From positions 1 to 37,629 of the forward strand of contig JAJAZF010000203.1 in assembly GCA_026785875.1 (NCBI GenBank): a stretch of 37,629 nt of DNA, written 5' to 3'. The DNA comes from Chamaesiphon sp. (GTDB lineage: Bacteria; Cyanobacteriota; Cyanobacteriia; Cyanobacteriales; Chamaesiphonaceae). This document shows positions 8,956 to 17,289 of this stretch, one piece after another. The notes beneath the pieces are model-generated. The model searched no databases. It was given only the letters and a program-made list of their open reading frames with translations, and was not told the DNA's origin. A program made the translations under genes and the position numbers. Position 1 is the stretch's first letter; each line of letters starts with the position of its first letter.

Positions 8956-10281
8956 ATGCTGCGAATCATCACTCAGCACACTGAAGCTCAACAAGAGTTG
9001 CAGCGAATCAGTGCCCGTACCCACGACGACGCGATCGTCCATAAAGAAGCCACCGTCAACGAAATTGTGCAAACAGTCCGACGACAGGGCGACAAGGCTT
9101 TACTACACTATACGGCTGAATTTGACGGTCAAACTCTGACAGTCGATCGGTTGCGGGTCAGTGGTGCCGAATTAGATGCTGCTTATCAACAGGTGTCTAA
9201 GGAATTACTCAAAGCGATCGAACTTGCGGCTGTAAATATTGAAGCTTTTCACCGTCAGAGGGTGCCCAAATCTTGGGTCACATTTGGCGAAGATGATGTC
9301 GTACTGGGCAAACGTTACACTCCAGTCGATCGAGCAGGTATCTATGTGCCTGGAGGACGCGCTTGCTACCCCAGTACAGTGCTGATGAATGCGATCCCTG
9401 CCCAAGTCGCTGGTGTGCCCCAGATTGCGATGGTTACACCTCCAGGGGCAGATATTACCCTCAATCCTGCCGTCCTCGTCGCCGCCCAAGTAGCGGGAAT
9501 TGAAGAAATCTATCGAGTTGGAGGTGCCCAATCGATCGCCGCTCTAGCCTACGGTACGGATACAATCGCCAAAGTTGATGTGATTACTGGCCCTGGTAAT
9601 GTCTATGTCACTCTCGCCAAAAAGCTAGTTTATGGCACCGTCGGCATCGACTCACTTGCAGGACCATCCGAAGTCCTAATTATCGCCGATCGTCACGCCA
9701 ATCCGATCCACATTGCGGCTGACTTATTAGCCCAAGCCGAACACGATCCAATGGCAGCATCGATTTTGATTACCACTGATGCCGCCTTCGCTACAGCAGT
9801 CCAAGCGGCTGTCGAACAACAACTTCAAAATCATCCCCGTCGGACTTTGACGGAGAAATCGATCGCCCATTACGGATTGATTGTGGTAGTTGAGACGCTA
9901 GCAATCGCCGCTCAACTCTCCGACAGGTTCGCGCCCGAGCACCTAGAAATAAATACTATCGATCCTTGGGCATTGGTCAATCAAATCCGTCACGCTGGAG
10001 CGATTTTTATCGGTGATTCTACTCCAGAAGCTCTGGGTGACTACCTCGCAGGCCCCAATCATACACTCCCGACCTCCGGTGCAGCTCGTTATGCTTCAGC
10101 ATTGGGTGTAGAGACATTTATGAAGCACTCCAGCCTGATCCAATACTCGCCCACAGCTCTGAGGAAGGTCGGTAATGCTATTGATGCTCTGACCAAGGCT
10201 GAAGGGCTATTTTCGCACGGGGAGTCAGTCCGATTGCGGTTGAGCGATCCGACTGGGGATCGGCTCCGCCAACTAGAGTAG
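8956..10281 (+). CDS. hisD: Histidinol dehydrogenase
   Basis: GIYVPGG, AGPSEV, DLLAQAEHD, APEHL, and GPNHTLPT motifs. Confidence 0.98.
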   Translation: MLRIITQHTEAQQELQRISARTHDDAIVHKEATVNEIVQTVRRQGDKALLHYTAEFDGQTLTVDRLRVSGAELDAAYQQVSKELLKAIELAAVNIEAFHRQRVPKSWVTFGEDDVVLGKRYTPVDRAGIYVPGGRACYPSTVLMNAIPAQVAGVPQIAMVTPPGADITLNPAVLVAAQVAGIEEIYRVGGAQSIAALAYGTDTIAKVDVITGPGNVYVTLAKKLVYGTVGIDSLAGPSEVLIIADRHANPIHIAADLLAQAEHDPMAASILITTDAAFATAVQAAVEQQLQNHPRRTLTEKSIAHYGLIVVVETLAIAAQLSDRFAPEHLEINTIDPWALVNQIRHAGAIFIGDSTPEALGDYLAGPNHTLPTSGAARYASALGVETFMKHSSLIQYSPTALRKVGNAIDALTKAEGLFSHGESVRLRLSDPTGDRLRQLE

Positions 10282-10329
10282 CCGATCGTGCCCACACCAA
10301 CAGCGATCCACTGATGACTACCCTAGACT

Positions 10330-10356
10330 AGGTGACAAAGACAAAAATTGTCACCT
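10330..10356. terminator. Hairpin between convergent genes, possible terminator
   Basis: AGGTGACAA-N9-TTGTCACCT; no clear U-tract. Confidence 0.4.
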
Positions 10357-10387
10357 CCACTTTGGCTAATCATCAAACGTGCAATGG

Positions 10388-11305
10388 CTAGGGGCTGTCG
10401 GGTAATTCCAGCGTCGGTGGTAGCGAACGTTTAATTGGCGCAGGTTTTGGTCTACTTGGCTCACTCTGGGGAACCAAACTGCCATCAGATCCTGATGGGC
10501 GTTCGGGTCTTTTGTCTCCCTCACTTGGAGGTCTACCGCCGCCTTTACGCGGTAGTTTAGCTCGGAGAGGGGCGACAAAATTGGCACTGCGGATCTCTAA
10601 ATTGTTATCTGCTCTGACCACATCAAAATCCCAAAAATTACCAACCAGCTTTTGAGGGAGATCGCCAACCAATCGGATCTTAAAATATCGTTCTTCTTCG
10701 GTTTTTTTCTTGGGTGCTTGACGAATTTTGACAAAAATTTCTCGCGTCTCCCGAGACTGGTAGATTACTTCACCCCGAATTGAGAAATAACTATTGGGGA
10801 TGTCCAGATTTTCGAGCGTGGGAATCGCTTGAAGTGCTGATTCGATCGGTTCTTGGGCATCAGTTGGCGAGTTGAGGGGCTTAATTACTAATTGCGGGTC
10901 CCACACCCCCATAATTTGGGCGTGGAGTTTGTTATCCTCTTTGCGAATGCGTGGATAGACTACCCAGAGATGAGATTGCTCTAAATCGAGGTGATTTTTG
11001 ATCAAACTCATGATCCGACCGAGAATGACAGCATCAATTTCTGCGCCATCATCAGCCAACACCATCCCCTGATTGAATTCCTCGCTCGAAGGTACATATT
11101 TACCGAGAATCAAGCCAATCGCTCGATACTGAAGTGGTTCGCTAGCTGGCGGGATTGGGGTATTTCCCGTCAGTTGGATCATCGGGGGTAAAGGTGGGTA
11201 GTCTGCTGGATCTGGTTTCTTAGGTCGTTTAATCGGTTTAGCAGGTCTAGTTGCAGCTTCTGGATGCGATGGAGGCTGATTGGTGGGGAATTGGGCAGAA
11301 CTCAT
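10388..11305 (-). CDS. Conserved cyanobacterial hypothetical protein with Pro/Lys-rich termini
   Basis: 305-aa ORF; core has PIPPASEPLQYRAIG, HLWVVYPR and YFSIRGEV motifs. Confidence 0.8.
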   Translation of the reverse strand: MSSAQFPTNQPPSHPEAATRPAKPIKRPKKPDPADYPPLPPMIQLTGNTPIPPASEPLQYRAIGLILGKYVPSSEEFNQGMVLADDGAEIDAVILGRIMSLIKNHLDLEQSHLWVVYPRIRKEDNKLHAQIMGVWDPQLVIKPLNSPTDAQEPIESALQAIPTLENLDIPNSYFSIRGEVIYQSRETREIFVKIRQAPKKKTEEERYFKIRLVGDLPQKLVGNFWDFDVVRADNNLEIRSANFVAPLRAKLPRKGGGRPPSEGDKRPERPSGSDGSLVPQSEPSRPKPAPIKRSLPPTLELPDSP

Positions 11306-11635
11306 AGAAAATTCCTTCGGACGGAGTCAAATTTTTCGATCTCCCTCTCATCATAATCGGGATTTTTGAGACAAAATTGTAGATACTGAACCAACTGAGC
11401 AAATTTAGGATTCTGGAAATGGGACTTCTGCTTAGAGCGTTCTCACATCCAGTCAAACTACCATGTCAGTGATTCGATCGACGAGCTGAATGATTTTAGT
11501 TACATTCGGTTGGATAATTATTAATGCCAGCTTATTCTAGCAATTTATGGTCAAATCCTGAAATCAATCTCAGATTGTGACTAAGCCATACAACTGAATC
11601 GTTCCCTCATCCGATACTTTAGATGCCCCACCTTT

Positions 11636-11842
11636 ATGAATAGCAAAGAATTAGCCCAACATATCGAGCAGACAGGTAGCATTGGTAAATCATGGTTATT
11701 GGTACAGTTACGATTGCAAAAGCTGGCGGAAGAAAAGTCCGATTTGTCAACAGAAGACTATCACACCAGATTAGATGATATCTACCAAGACATGATGAAT
11801 CTAGGTGAATGGTGGGTGGGTATAGAAGAGGATGTTTTTTAG
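11636..11842 (+). CDS. Small conserved hypothetical protein
   Basis: 68 aa; WLLVQLRLQKL...LGEWWVGIEEDVF pattern typical of a cyanobacterial family. Confidence 0.75.
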   Translation: MNSKELAQHIEQTGSIGKSWLLVQLRLQKLAEEKSDLSTEDYHTRLDDIYQDMMNLGEWWVGIEEDVF

Positions 11843-11844
11843 AG

Positions 11845-13302
11845 TTATTTAGTAGGACTTACTTTTTGATTGAGAGATTTGTATATTTGCTCTTTTTGAA
11901 TCCAATCTCGCCCAAGCTTAATCGTCACATCAGAATATAAGTTACCAGAACTATCGACTTTGACTTCCCCAAAGCCTAATAATTGAGATAAACCTTCGGC
12001 GACTTCAGGATTGCCTTTTTGAGCGATAAATTGACTGGTATCTAAGTCTTCTTTGAGTTTGAGTGTGGTGTCGATGTGGACGTTTTGATAACCTGCTTTG
12101 TTCAAGCGTTTGACTAGTCTGGCAGTAGCATCGGGGAAGTGACTGGTATCGTGAATGTTTACCCGGAGATTTTCGGCTTTGGGTTGCTCTAGAGAAATTA
12201 TCCCATGGTCGAAGTAACGAGCCATCATATTTTGGATGCCTTTCCGATCGGGAAGCCAGTAACTCGTGCCATGTTTACCATCACCATTGTAGTCACCTGG
12301 CATCATCAACATCTGCATGTTAGATTTGCCATTTTGCATGGAGAAACCTCCCAGTGCTAGCAATTCTTCGACGGTGAGATTGGTATCGACGTGAGATTGA
12401 ATGACTGAAAATAGTTGCGGAATCCTGGCAATTGTCATCGGATTGAGAGATTGCTCTAACAATGCTTTAACTACCATCTGTTGGCGTTGCATCCGACCGA
12501 TATCACCATTAGCATCATTACGGTAACGCAGTAAGCCCAGTAGTTTGATCCCATCGAGATGCTGTTTACCAGCCTTGAGATTAACGTAGAAATGTTGGGA
12601 GTCATCCTGATATTTGATGTCCTTGGGTACAGTAACGGTGACACCACCGAGTTCATCGACGAGTTTAGCAACGCCCATATTATTGAGGCGGATGTATCGA
12701 TCGATCGCCACACCACCCATCAGCTTACTGACTTCTCTGGCTGCTGCTGCTGGCCCACTTTCACGGTCTACAGCATTAATTTTCTCAGTACCATGCCCAG
12801 TCCGTTCGATCTTGGTATCGCGAGGAATCCCGAGAAAGATCGTTCGTTTAGTTTGAGGATCGAATCGGAGCAACATGATCGTATCCGATAAGCCATCTAA
12901 TGTATCGACTTCAGCATCATAGCCATTTTTTTTCCGCTCCTTGCCGTCGCTGTTCTTGACATCTGATAGATTAGTTTTAATGCCCAACAACAGAATATTT
13001 ACTGGTTTGGAGACTTCGGGTACCTGTAATACACTCCGAGAAAAAGCTTCTTTGCCATTTTGCTTAAAAAATGCGTCATCTGCGGCGGACAAAGTGCGTT
13101 GTTGAAGTGGTGCCGAAGTTAGGGAAACCGCTAAAAAAGCCCCAGCAGCAGCCGAACACGCGCCAATGCTACCGAGTCCCAACCAAACCCACAACGGCAT
13201 TTTTCGCCGCTTTTTTGCTGGCTGCCGCTGCACCATTTGCGGATTGGGTTGAGTCGATTTGCGACGTTGCTGGTTTCCTTTTCTGGCTTCCACTTTACTC
13301 AC
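11845..13302 (-). CDS. LCP (LytR-CpsA-Psr) family protein with LytR_C domain
   Basis: N-terminal TM helix; SDTIMLLR, IPRDT, LRYR and DIGRMQRQQ motifs. Confidence 0.93.
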   Translation of the reverse strand: MSKVEARKGNQQRRKSTQPNPQMVQRQPAKKRRKMPLWVWLGLGSIGACSAAAGAFLAVSLTSAPLQQRTLSAADDAFFKQNGKEAFSRSVLQVPEVSKPVNILLLGIKTNLSDVKNSDGKERKKNGYDAEVDTLDGLSDTIMLLRFDPQTKRTIFLGIPRDTKIERTGHGTEKINAVDRESGPAAAAREVSKLMGGVAIDRYIRLNNMGVAKLVDELGGVTVTVPKDIKYQDDSQHFYVNLKAGKQHLDGIKLLGLLRYRNDANGDIGRMQRQQMVVKALLEQSLNPMTIARIPQLFSVIQSHVDTNLTVEELLALGGFSMQNGKSNMQMLMMPGDYNGDGKHGTSYWLPDRKGIQNMMARYFDHGIISLEQPKAENLRVNIHDTSHFPDATARLVKRLNKAGYQNVHIDTTLKLKEDLDTSQFIAQKGNPEVAEGLSQLLGFGEVKVDSSGNLYSDVTIKLGRDWIQKEQIYKSLNQKVSPTK

Positions 13303-13392
13303 GATTTAATAGGGGTTGGTGGGTTTGAATAATCACTATGCAATGTTTACAGCTCGATTTTGGAGAGACTACGCTCGTCCACAGGATCGGCT

Positions 13393-13806
13393 TTACCGCA
13401 TTGTTCGTTCCGCTAGGGCACTAAATCCAGGCAATCTTAAAGATTTCTTTTGCCACAGTAGCATCATTAGCCATAAGCTAACCATGAAATAGCTAGAAGT
13501 CGCCATACTATTGAGAAATAATAGCCGAAATCCGACTGTAGACGCGCCTGATAAATCTGCGCCAACATTTAGACTCAAATATATACTCAGCCAAGTGAAG
13601 GCGAGGAGAATTGATAATCGACACACTGCTAATTGTCGCTTACCCTGTTGACTTCGATAAATTGCCCACATTGAAGGCAATACTCCAATGACAGGTATCA
13701 GGTAGAGAAATGTTTCTAACCTGTCGAGTGGATCGATAGCTTGTGGGCGTAGTGTCTCCGGTGGATCGTCATCCACTGGTTGCTGTGTATGTCGCAATAA
13801 TGTCAT
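13393..13806 (-). CDS. Hypothetical membrane protein (about 3 TM helices)
   Basis: Hydrophobic segments; YLIPVIG and RLPGFS motifs. Confidence 0.75.
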   Translation of the reverse strand: MTLLRHTQQPVDDDPPETLRPQAIDPLDRLETFLYLIPVIGVLPSMWAIYRSQQGKRQLAVCRLSILLAFTWLSIYLSLNVGADLSGASTVGFRLLFLNSMATSSYFMVSLWLMMLLWQKKSLRLPGFSALAERTMR

Positions 13807-13895
13807 GGGCTGTTGTTTTAGCGGTGCAGATAGTTTTTCTCCATATATCTAAAATCCCCAGTTTTTGACTATTTAGCACTATCTGGGGAGATTTT

Positions 13896-13940
13896 TTAAA
13901 TTAAACGATGACTTGTCGCTGCTACCGCGACACCACGCAT
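13896..13940 (-). other. Candidate 14-aa small ORF (MRGVAVAATSHRLI) in a structured region
   Basis: AGGGGA 8 nt upstream of the ATG; GC hairpin directly after the stop. Confidence 0.3.
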
Positions 13941-14140
13941 GAGTTTAGTCCCCTAGTTAATTAAGCATAAATTGGGGTCTAATCGATCGCATTTGCCTAA
14001 ATGTGAATTTTCAACAACGCCACATTTATGACGCTCGGCTAATTTAAGTTTGACCTTTTCTTAATTATTGCAGGGTGTTGTCCTTCCCCACTAGTAAAAA
14101 AAGTCATTGACAAGAGCCAATCGGGAAAAAGTTTTCGATC

Positions 14141-15766
14141 TTACTTGCCAGCAACTGTCCACCAGGCGAGTCCATAAGCTTGGCGGGGCAGGTTTACAGC
14201 TTGACGGAAGTGGACGCGGATTTTGTATTTGCCTGGATCGCGAATTTTGTGAAAAATATGTTGGACGCTATCTACGGAGCTAGTCGATGACCAGACGCTG
14301 CGATCGAGTCTGTCTTCTTCAGCCCGCATCAGATAGAGATCGAGACGATTGAGACCACGCTCGCGAAATTGTTCGCCTAAATCGTACTGCTGATTCCCAT
14401 TGGTATCTTGCAATTCTACCAGTCGATCCCAAGTCAGGGCGATCGACACCCAACTATTTTCAGCCAGGGGTCGATCGATCGGATAATCTCGGTAGCCGCC
14501 ACTATCTACAGTCCGATAATCCCAACCGATCGCGGGTACGGGCAGTAGCGGCGGATACTGTCCGGGACTAAACTGTTGATAAGCACGGAACGCGTTTAGT
14601 TGACCCGCACCCAACTGATAATCTAATGGAATCTGTCGATTTCGATCGGCTTCTGATTCCGTCCAATCGCGATTATTTTTCGCCAGGATCGTCCGCGTCA
14701 TCCCCAGCCGCAACCCATCTCCCACATCTTGAATTTTATCAGCAGAATTTAATAGTACAGCCTTCATCACCTCATGGCGACGAGAGTCGAGATTCCAGCG
14801 CGGACGCAGATCGATCGGCATCTGACTTTTGGTGCGTAATTGCCGATCTCCAAATTCTTGCAACAGAGCCACAGTCCCCGTGACATGAGGAGCCGCAAAA
14901 CTGGTACCGTTGACGACGATCGCTTTACCAGCTAAATTATAGAGCTGGAGATTGCCCCCTGGTGCCACCAATCCGATCGATCGGCGATTACCGACGTTCA
15001 CTTCCCGATCCTCAATACTTTTAGCAGTCCCCGTCGGCATTTCACTCAGGTTAGCAAAATCTAACTTGCGATAAATTCCCTGGCGGAGGTTGGAATAAGC
15101 GACATTAATCCCATTGTAATTATCCGTCGGGATCGAAATTCCGCCCTTACCCTGATTCCCCGCGACGATGTAAGTCACATTATGGACTCGCGCCGACCAA
15201 TCCAAACACTGAGTAAATAGCGCGTTGCCGTCTAGCTTGGCTTGAGGACGAGGATCGCGTTCTAATGGCTCCCCAAAGCTCAAATTGATCGCGCGAACGT
15301 CTCCCCCATTCTGCGTGGCTATGTGTTGAGTTGAGCGGCATTCTTCCGGCTGTGCAGTGTCTTTGGGAATGCCCACCGCAGTCGCATATAGCCGTGCATC
15401 AGGAGCGACTCCAGGAAATCTTTTATCGCGACTAATCATCACTGATGCCACCATCGTCGCGTGCTGTTCGACATTTTTGTTGGCTTTAGCTGCCCCATCT
15501 TGATAAAAGATTTGTTCGAGCTTGTATTTGGGCTGTTGAGCCGTTTTGTCCCAACCAAACTGACCTGGACGACCAACCTCTACTTGGCCGATCGCAATTT
15601 TTTTACCTGTAAGATTGTAGGGAGACGCATGTAATCTCAGTGCATCAATTCCCGCACTACCGATGGAATTAGCGGTGGGTAATGCCCAACTCGGTGTGCT
15701 GATACTCACAATAGCCGCCCCCATGACGATCCGCTGCCAATGTTTTTTTAACAAGTTATCCCGCAT
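14141..15766 (-). CDS. S8 subtilisin-like serine peptidase with signal peptide
   Basis: HATMVAS, AGN, and GTSFAAPHV motifs; Glu at the expected catalytic Asp position. Confidence 0.9.
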   Translation of the reverse strand: MRDNLLKKHWQRIVMGAAIVSISTPSWALPTANSIGSAGIDALRLHASPYNLTGKKIAIGQVEVGRPGQFGWDKTAQQPKYKLEQIFYQDGAAKANKNVEQHATMVASVMISRDKRFPGVAPDARLYATAVGIPKDTAQPEECRSTQHIATQNGGDVRAINLSFGEPLERDPRPQAKLDGNALFTQCLDWSARVHNVTYIVAGNQGKGGISIPTDNYNGINVAYSNLRQGIYRKLDFANLSEMPTGTAKSIEDREVNVGNRRSIGLVAPGGNLQLYNLAGKAIVVNGTSFAAPHVTGTVALLQEFGDRQLRTKSQMPIDLRPRWNLDSRRHEVMKAVLLNSADKIQDVGDGLRLGMTRTILAKNNRDWTESEADRNRQIPLDYQLGAGQLNAFRAYQQFSPGQYPPLLPVPAIGWDYRTVDSGGYRDYPIDRPLAENSWVSIALTWDRLVELQDTNGNQQYDLGEQFRERGLNRLDLYLMRAEEDRLDRSVWSSTSSVDSVQHIFHKIRDPGKYKIRVHFRQAVNLPRQAYGLAWWTVAGK

Positions 15767-15822
15767 TTAAATCAAATATTCTGAACTTACACGATCGAAC
15801 CCCAACTCCCAACTCCGCTCTT

Positions 15823-15887
15823 TCTACATTTTGTTACAGTATTGCCAGTCCTAGCCAAAATTATCGCAAACTGTGAACAGTTACAAT
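15823..15887 (+). promoter_or_regulatory. psaM promoter: HLR1 (RpaB)-like direct repeat and -10 element
   Basis: TCTACATT-N2-GTTACAGT at 15823-15840; TACAAT at 15882-15887. Confidence 0.5.
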
Positions 15888-15910
15888 CCCTGTGTTTGGA
15901 GGAATCTCTC

Positions 15911-16000
15911 ATGTCTGATACTCAAGTTTTCGTGGCTTTAGTAGTCGCGCTCATTCCTGGTTTATTGGCACTACGTCTGTCAACTGAATTATATAAATAA
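15911..16000 (+). CDS. psaM: Photosystem I reaction center subunit XII
   Basis: MSDTQVFVALVVALIPGLLALRLSTELYK; GGAGG SD upstream; not in the ORF track. Confidence 0.96.
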   Translation: MSDTQVFVALVVALIPGLLALRLSTELYK

Positions 16001-16058
16001 GTCGTCGAGCTAGCTGCTGTTGGCATAGCCTCTAGCGGATGAACATCAATAGTTGACT

Positions 16059-16106
16059 AATCTGGGGAGTAATTTACAACTACCTCCCAGATTTTAGATT
16101 TTTTTT
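16059..16106 (+). terminator. Intrinsic terminator after psaM
   Basis: AATCTGGG...CCCAGATT stem followed by a T-rich tail. Confidence 0.7.
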
Positions 16107-16139
16107 AGGCATTATGGCTGTACAAGCCATCGAAACTTT

Positions 16140-16170
16140 TTGACAGGATTGATGTGACAAGTTGTATAAT
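16140..16170 (+). promoter_or_regulatory. Sigma70-type promoter
   Basis: TTGACA-N19-TATAAT; the spacer is long, but the position supports ATG 16204 as the start. Confidence 0.5.
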
Positions 16171-16203
16171 GGACAAAATTTCTATTTGGGTATCCTAGGT
16201 CTA

Positions 16204-16689
16204 ATGAACGCACTACCTTCTTTCGATCCGCCACAGCACCCTCCACAACGACGGAAATCTCCTGTTTTGCAGCAGCCATTGGAACTCGCCGCAAAACCAA
16301 AATCTTCACCCCTCAATCCACAGCCGCGTTCTTCTGCCACAGCAAGGGTTAAAGCCAATCCAGCTTATGCTCATCGTCGTCAGGGATTGGAGGTAGTCAC
16401 TAAATTAGTTACTTATTCAACATTATCAGTATTCGGCATTATAACTCTAGTCAACTCGATCGGCTACAATTGGTCGCAACAGCAGAAATTACAGCATCTT
16501 GAAACAGAATTGAAAGGTGCTAAAGTGCGAACCGAGAAAATTAATAGTAACTTCACTCGTGCTTTCGCTCCTGAATCACAGCAGAATATGATGCAGGAAA
16601 ATAGCTATAAAATTGCACCAGATCGACTTGAGGTTTATCTGGTCAATCCTAATTCAAATCGTCCGGTTCCCAATCCTACCAGCAAGTAA
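16204..16689 (+). CDS. Slr1601-family putative cell division protein (FtsL/DivIC-like)
   Basis: Pro-rich N-terminus, single TM helix, then coiled coil; follows psaM. Confidence 0.65.
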   Translation: MNALPSFDPPQHPPQRRKSPVLQQPLELAAKPKSSPLNPQPRSSATARVKANPAYAHRRQGLEVVTKLVTYSTLSVFGIITLVNSIGYNWSQQQKLQHLETELKGAKVRTEKINSNFTRAFAPESQQNMMQENSYKIAPDRLEVYLVNPNSNRPVPNPTSK

Positions 16690-16701
16690 CTTTTGAAGTT
16701 A

Positions 16702-17223
16702 TTAATGAGATAGAGACGATCGAACCTGTGGCTCAAAAGTACCAGTAAACTCGACTGGTGATGCGGGGGCAACAGCAGAGATATTCAGCCAGAGTTGTCC
16801 CCGCAGCACATTTGTGATAGCACCATTAGCGGCACCACTTTTAGAGACTGATGCAGCAAGCCGTAATTGTGATGGTTGGGGACAGATACTGGTTGGCAAT
16901 AGCCCACTTAAATTTAGTTGCCTCAGCGGCGACGTTGCTCGAACGCTTAATCGTCCAGAAAATGTCGGACGACTGGCAATATCTCGGATATCTTTAACTA
17001 GACTAGCATTGAGATAAATACCAGACTGTTGGAGCCTAAGGAAAAGTGGTTGTTTTTGCAGACAATTAGGTAAATTTTGAGCAGTAATTAGATAATCACC
17101 AGCGATCGAAATGGGTGCTTTAATATTTGCTTCACCATAGCTAGTCACAACTTGAAAAAACACGATCGCACTACCAATAGCGAGACTATATAACCCGATC
17201 GATTTAGCCGAAAAAAGATTCAT
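16702..17223 (-). CDS. Hypothetical membrane-anchored protein downstream of the antiporter
   Basis: N-terminal TM helix; LQQSGIYLNASL motif. Confidence 0.75.
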   Translation of the reverse strand: MNLFSAKSIGLYSLAIGSAIVFFQVVTSYGEANIKAPISIAGDYLITAQNLPNCLQKQPLFLRLQQSGIYLNASLVKDIRDIASRPTFSGRLSVRATSPLRQLNLSGLLPTSICPQPSQLRLAASVSKSGAANGAITNVLRGQLWLNISAVAPASPVEFTGTFEPQVRSSLSH

Positions 17224-17289
17224 TAGTAATTATCGGTTATTGTTAATAATTATCGTGGGTTTAATTGTTTATGCCAACAAAGTGCCCTA

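Noticed and set aside
13998-14028. CRP-like site (AAATGTGA...CACATTT)
   Set aside because: The spacer is far longer than the required 6 nt
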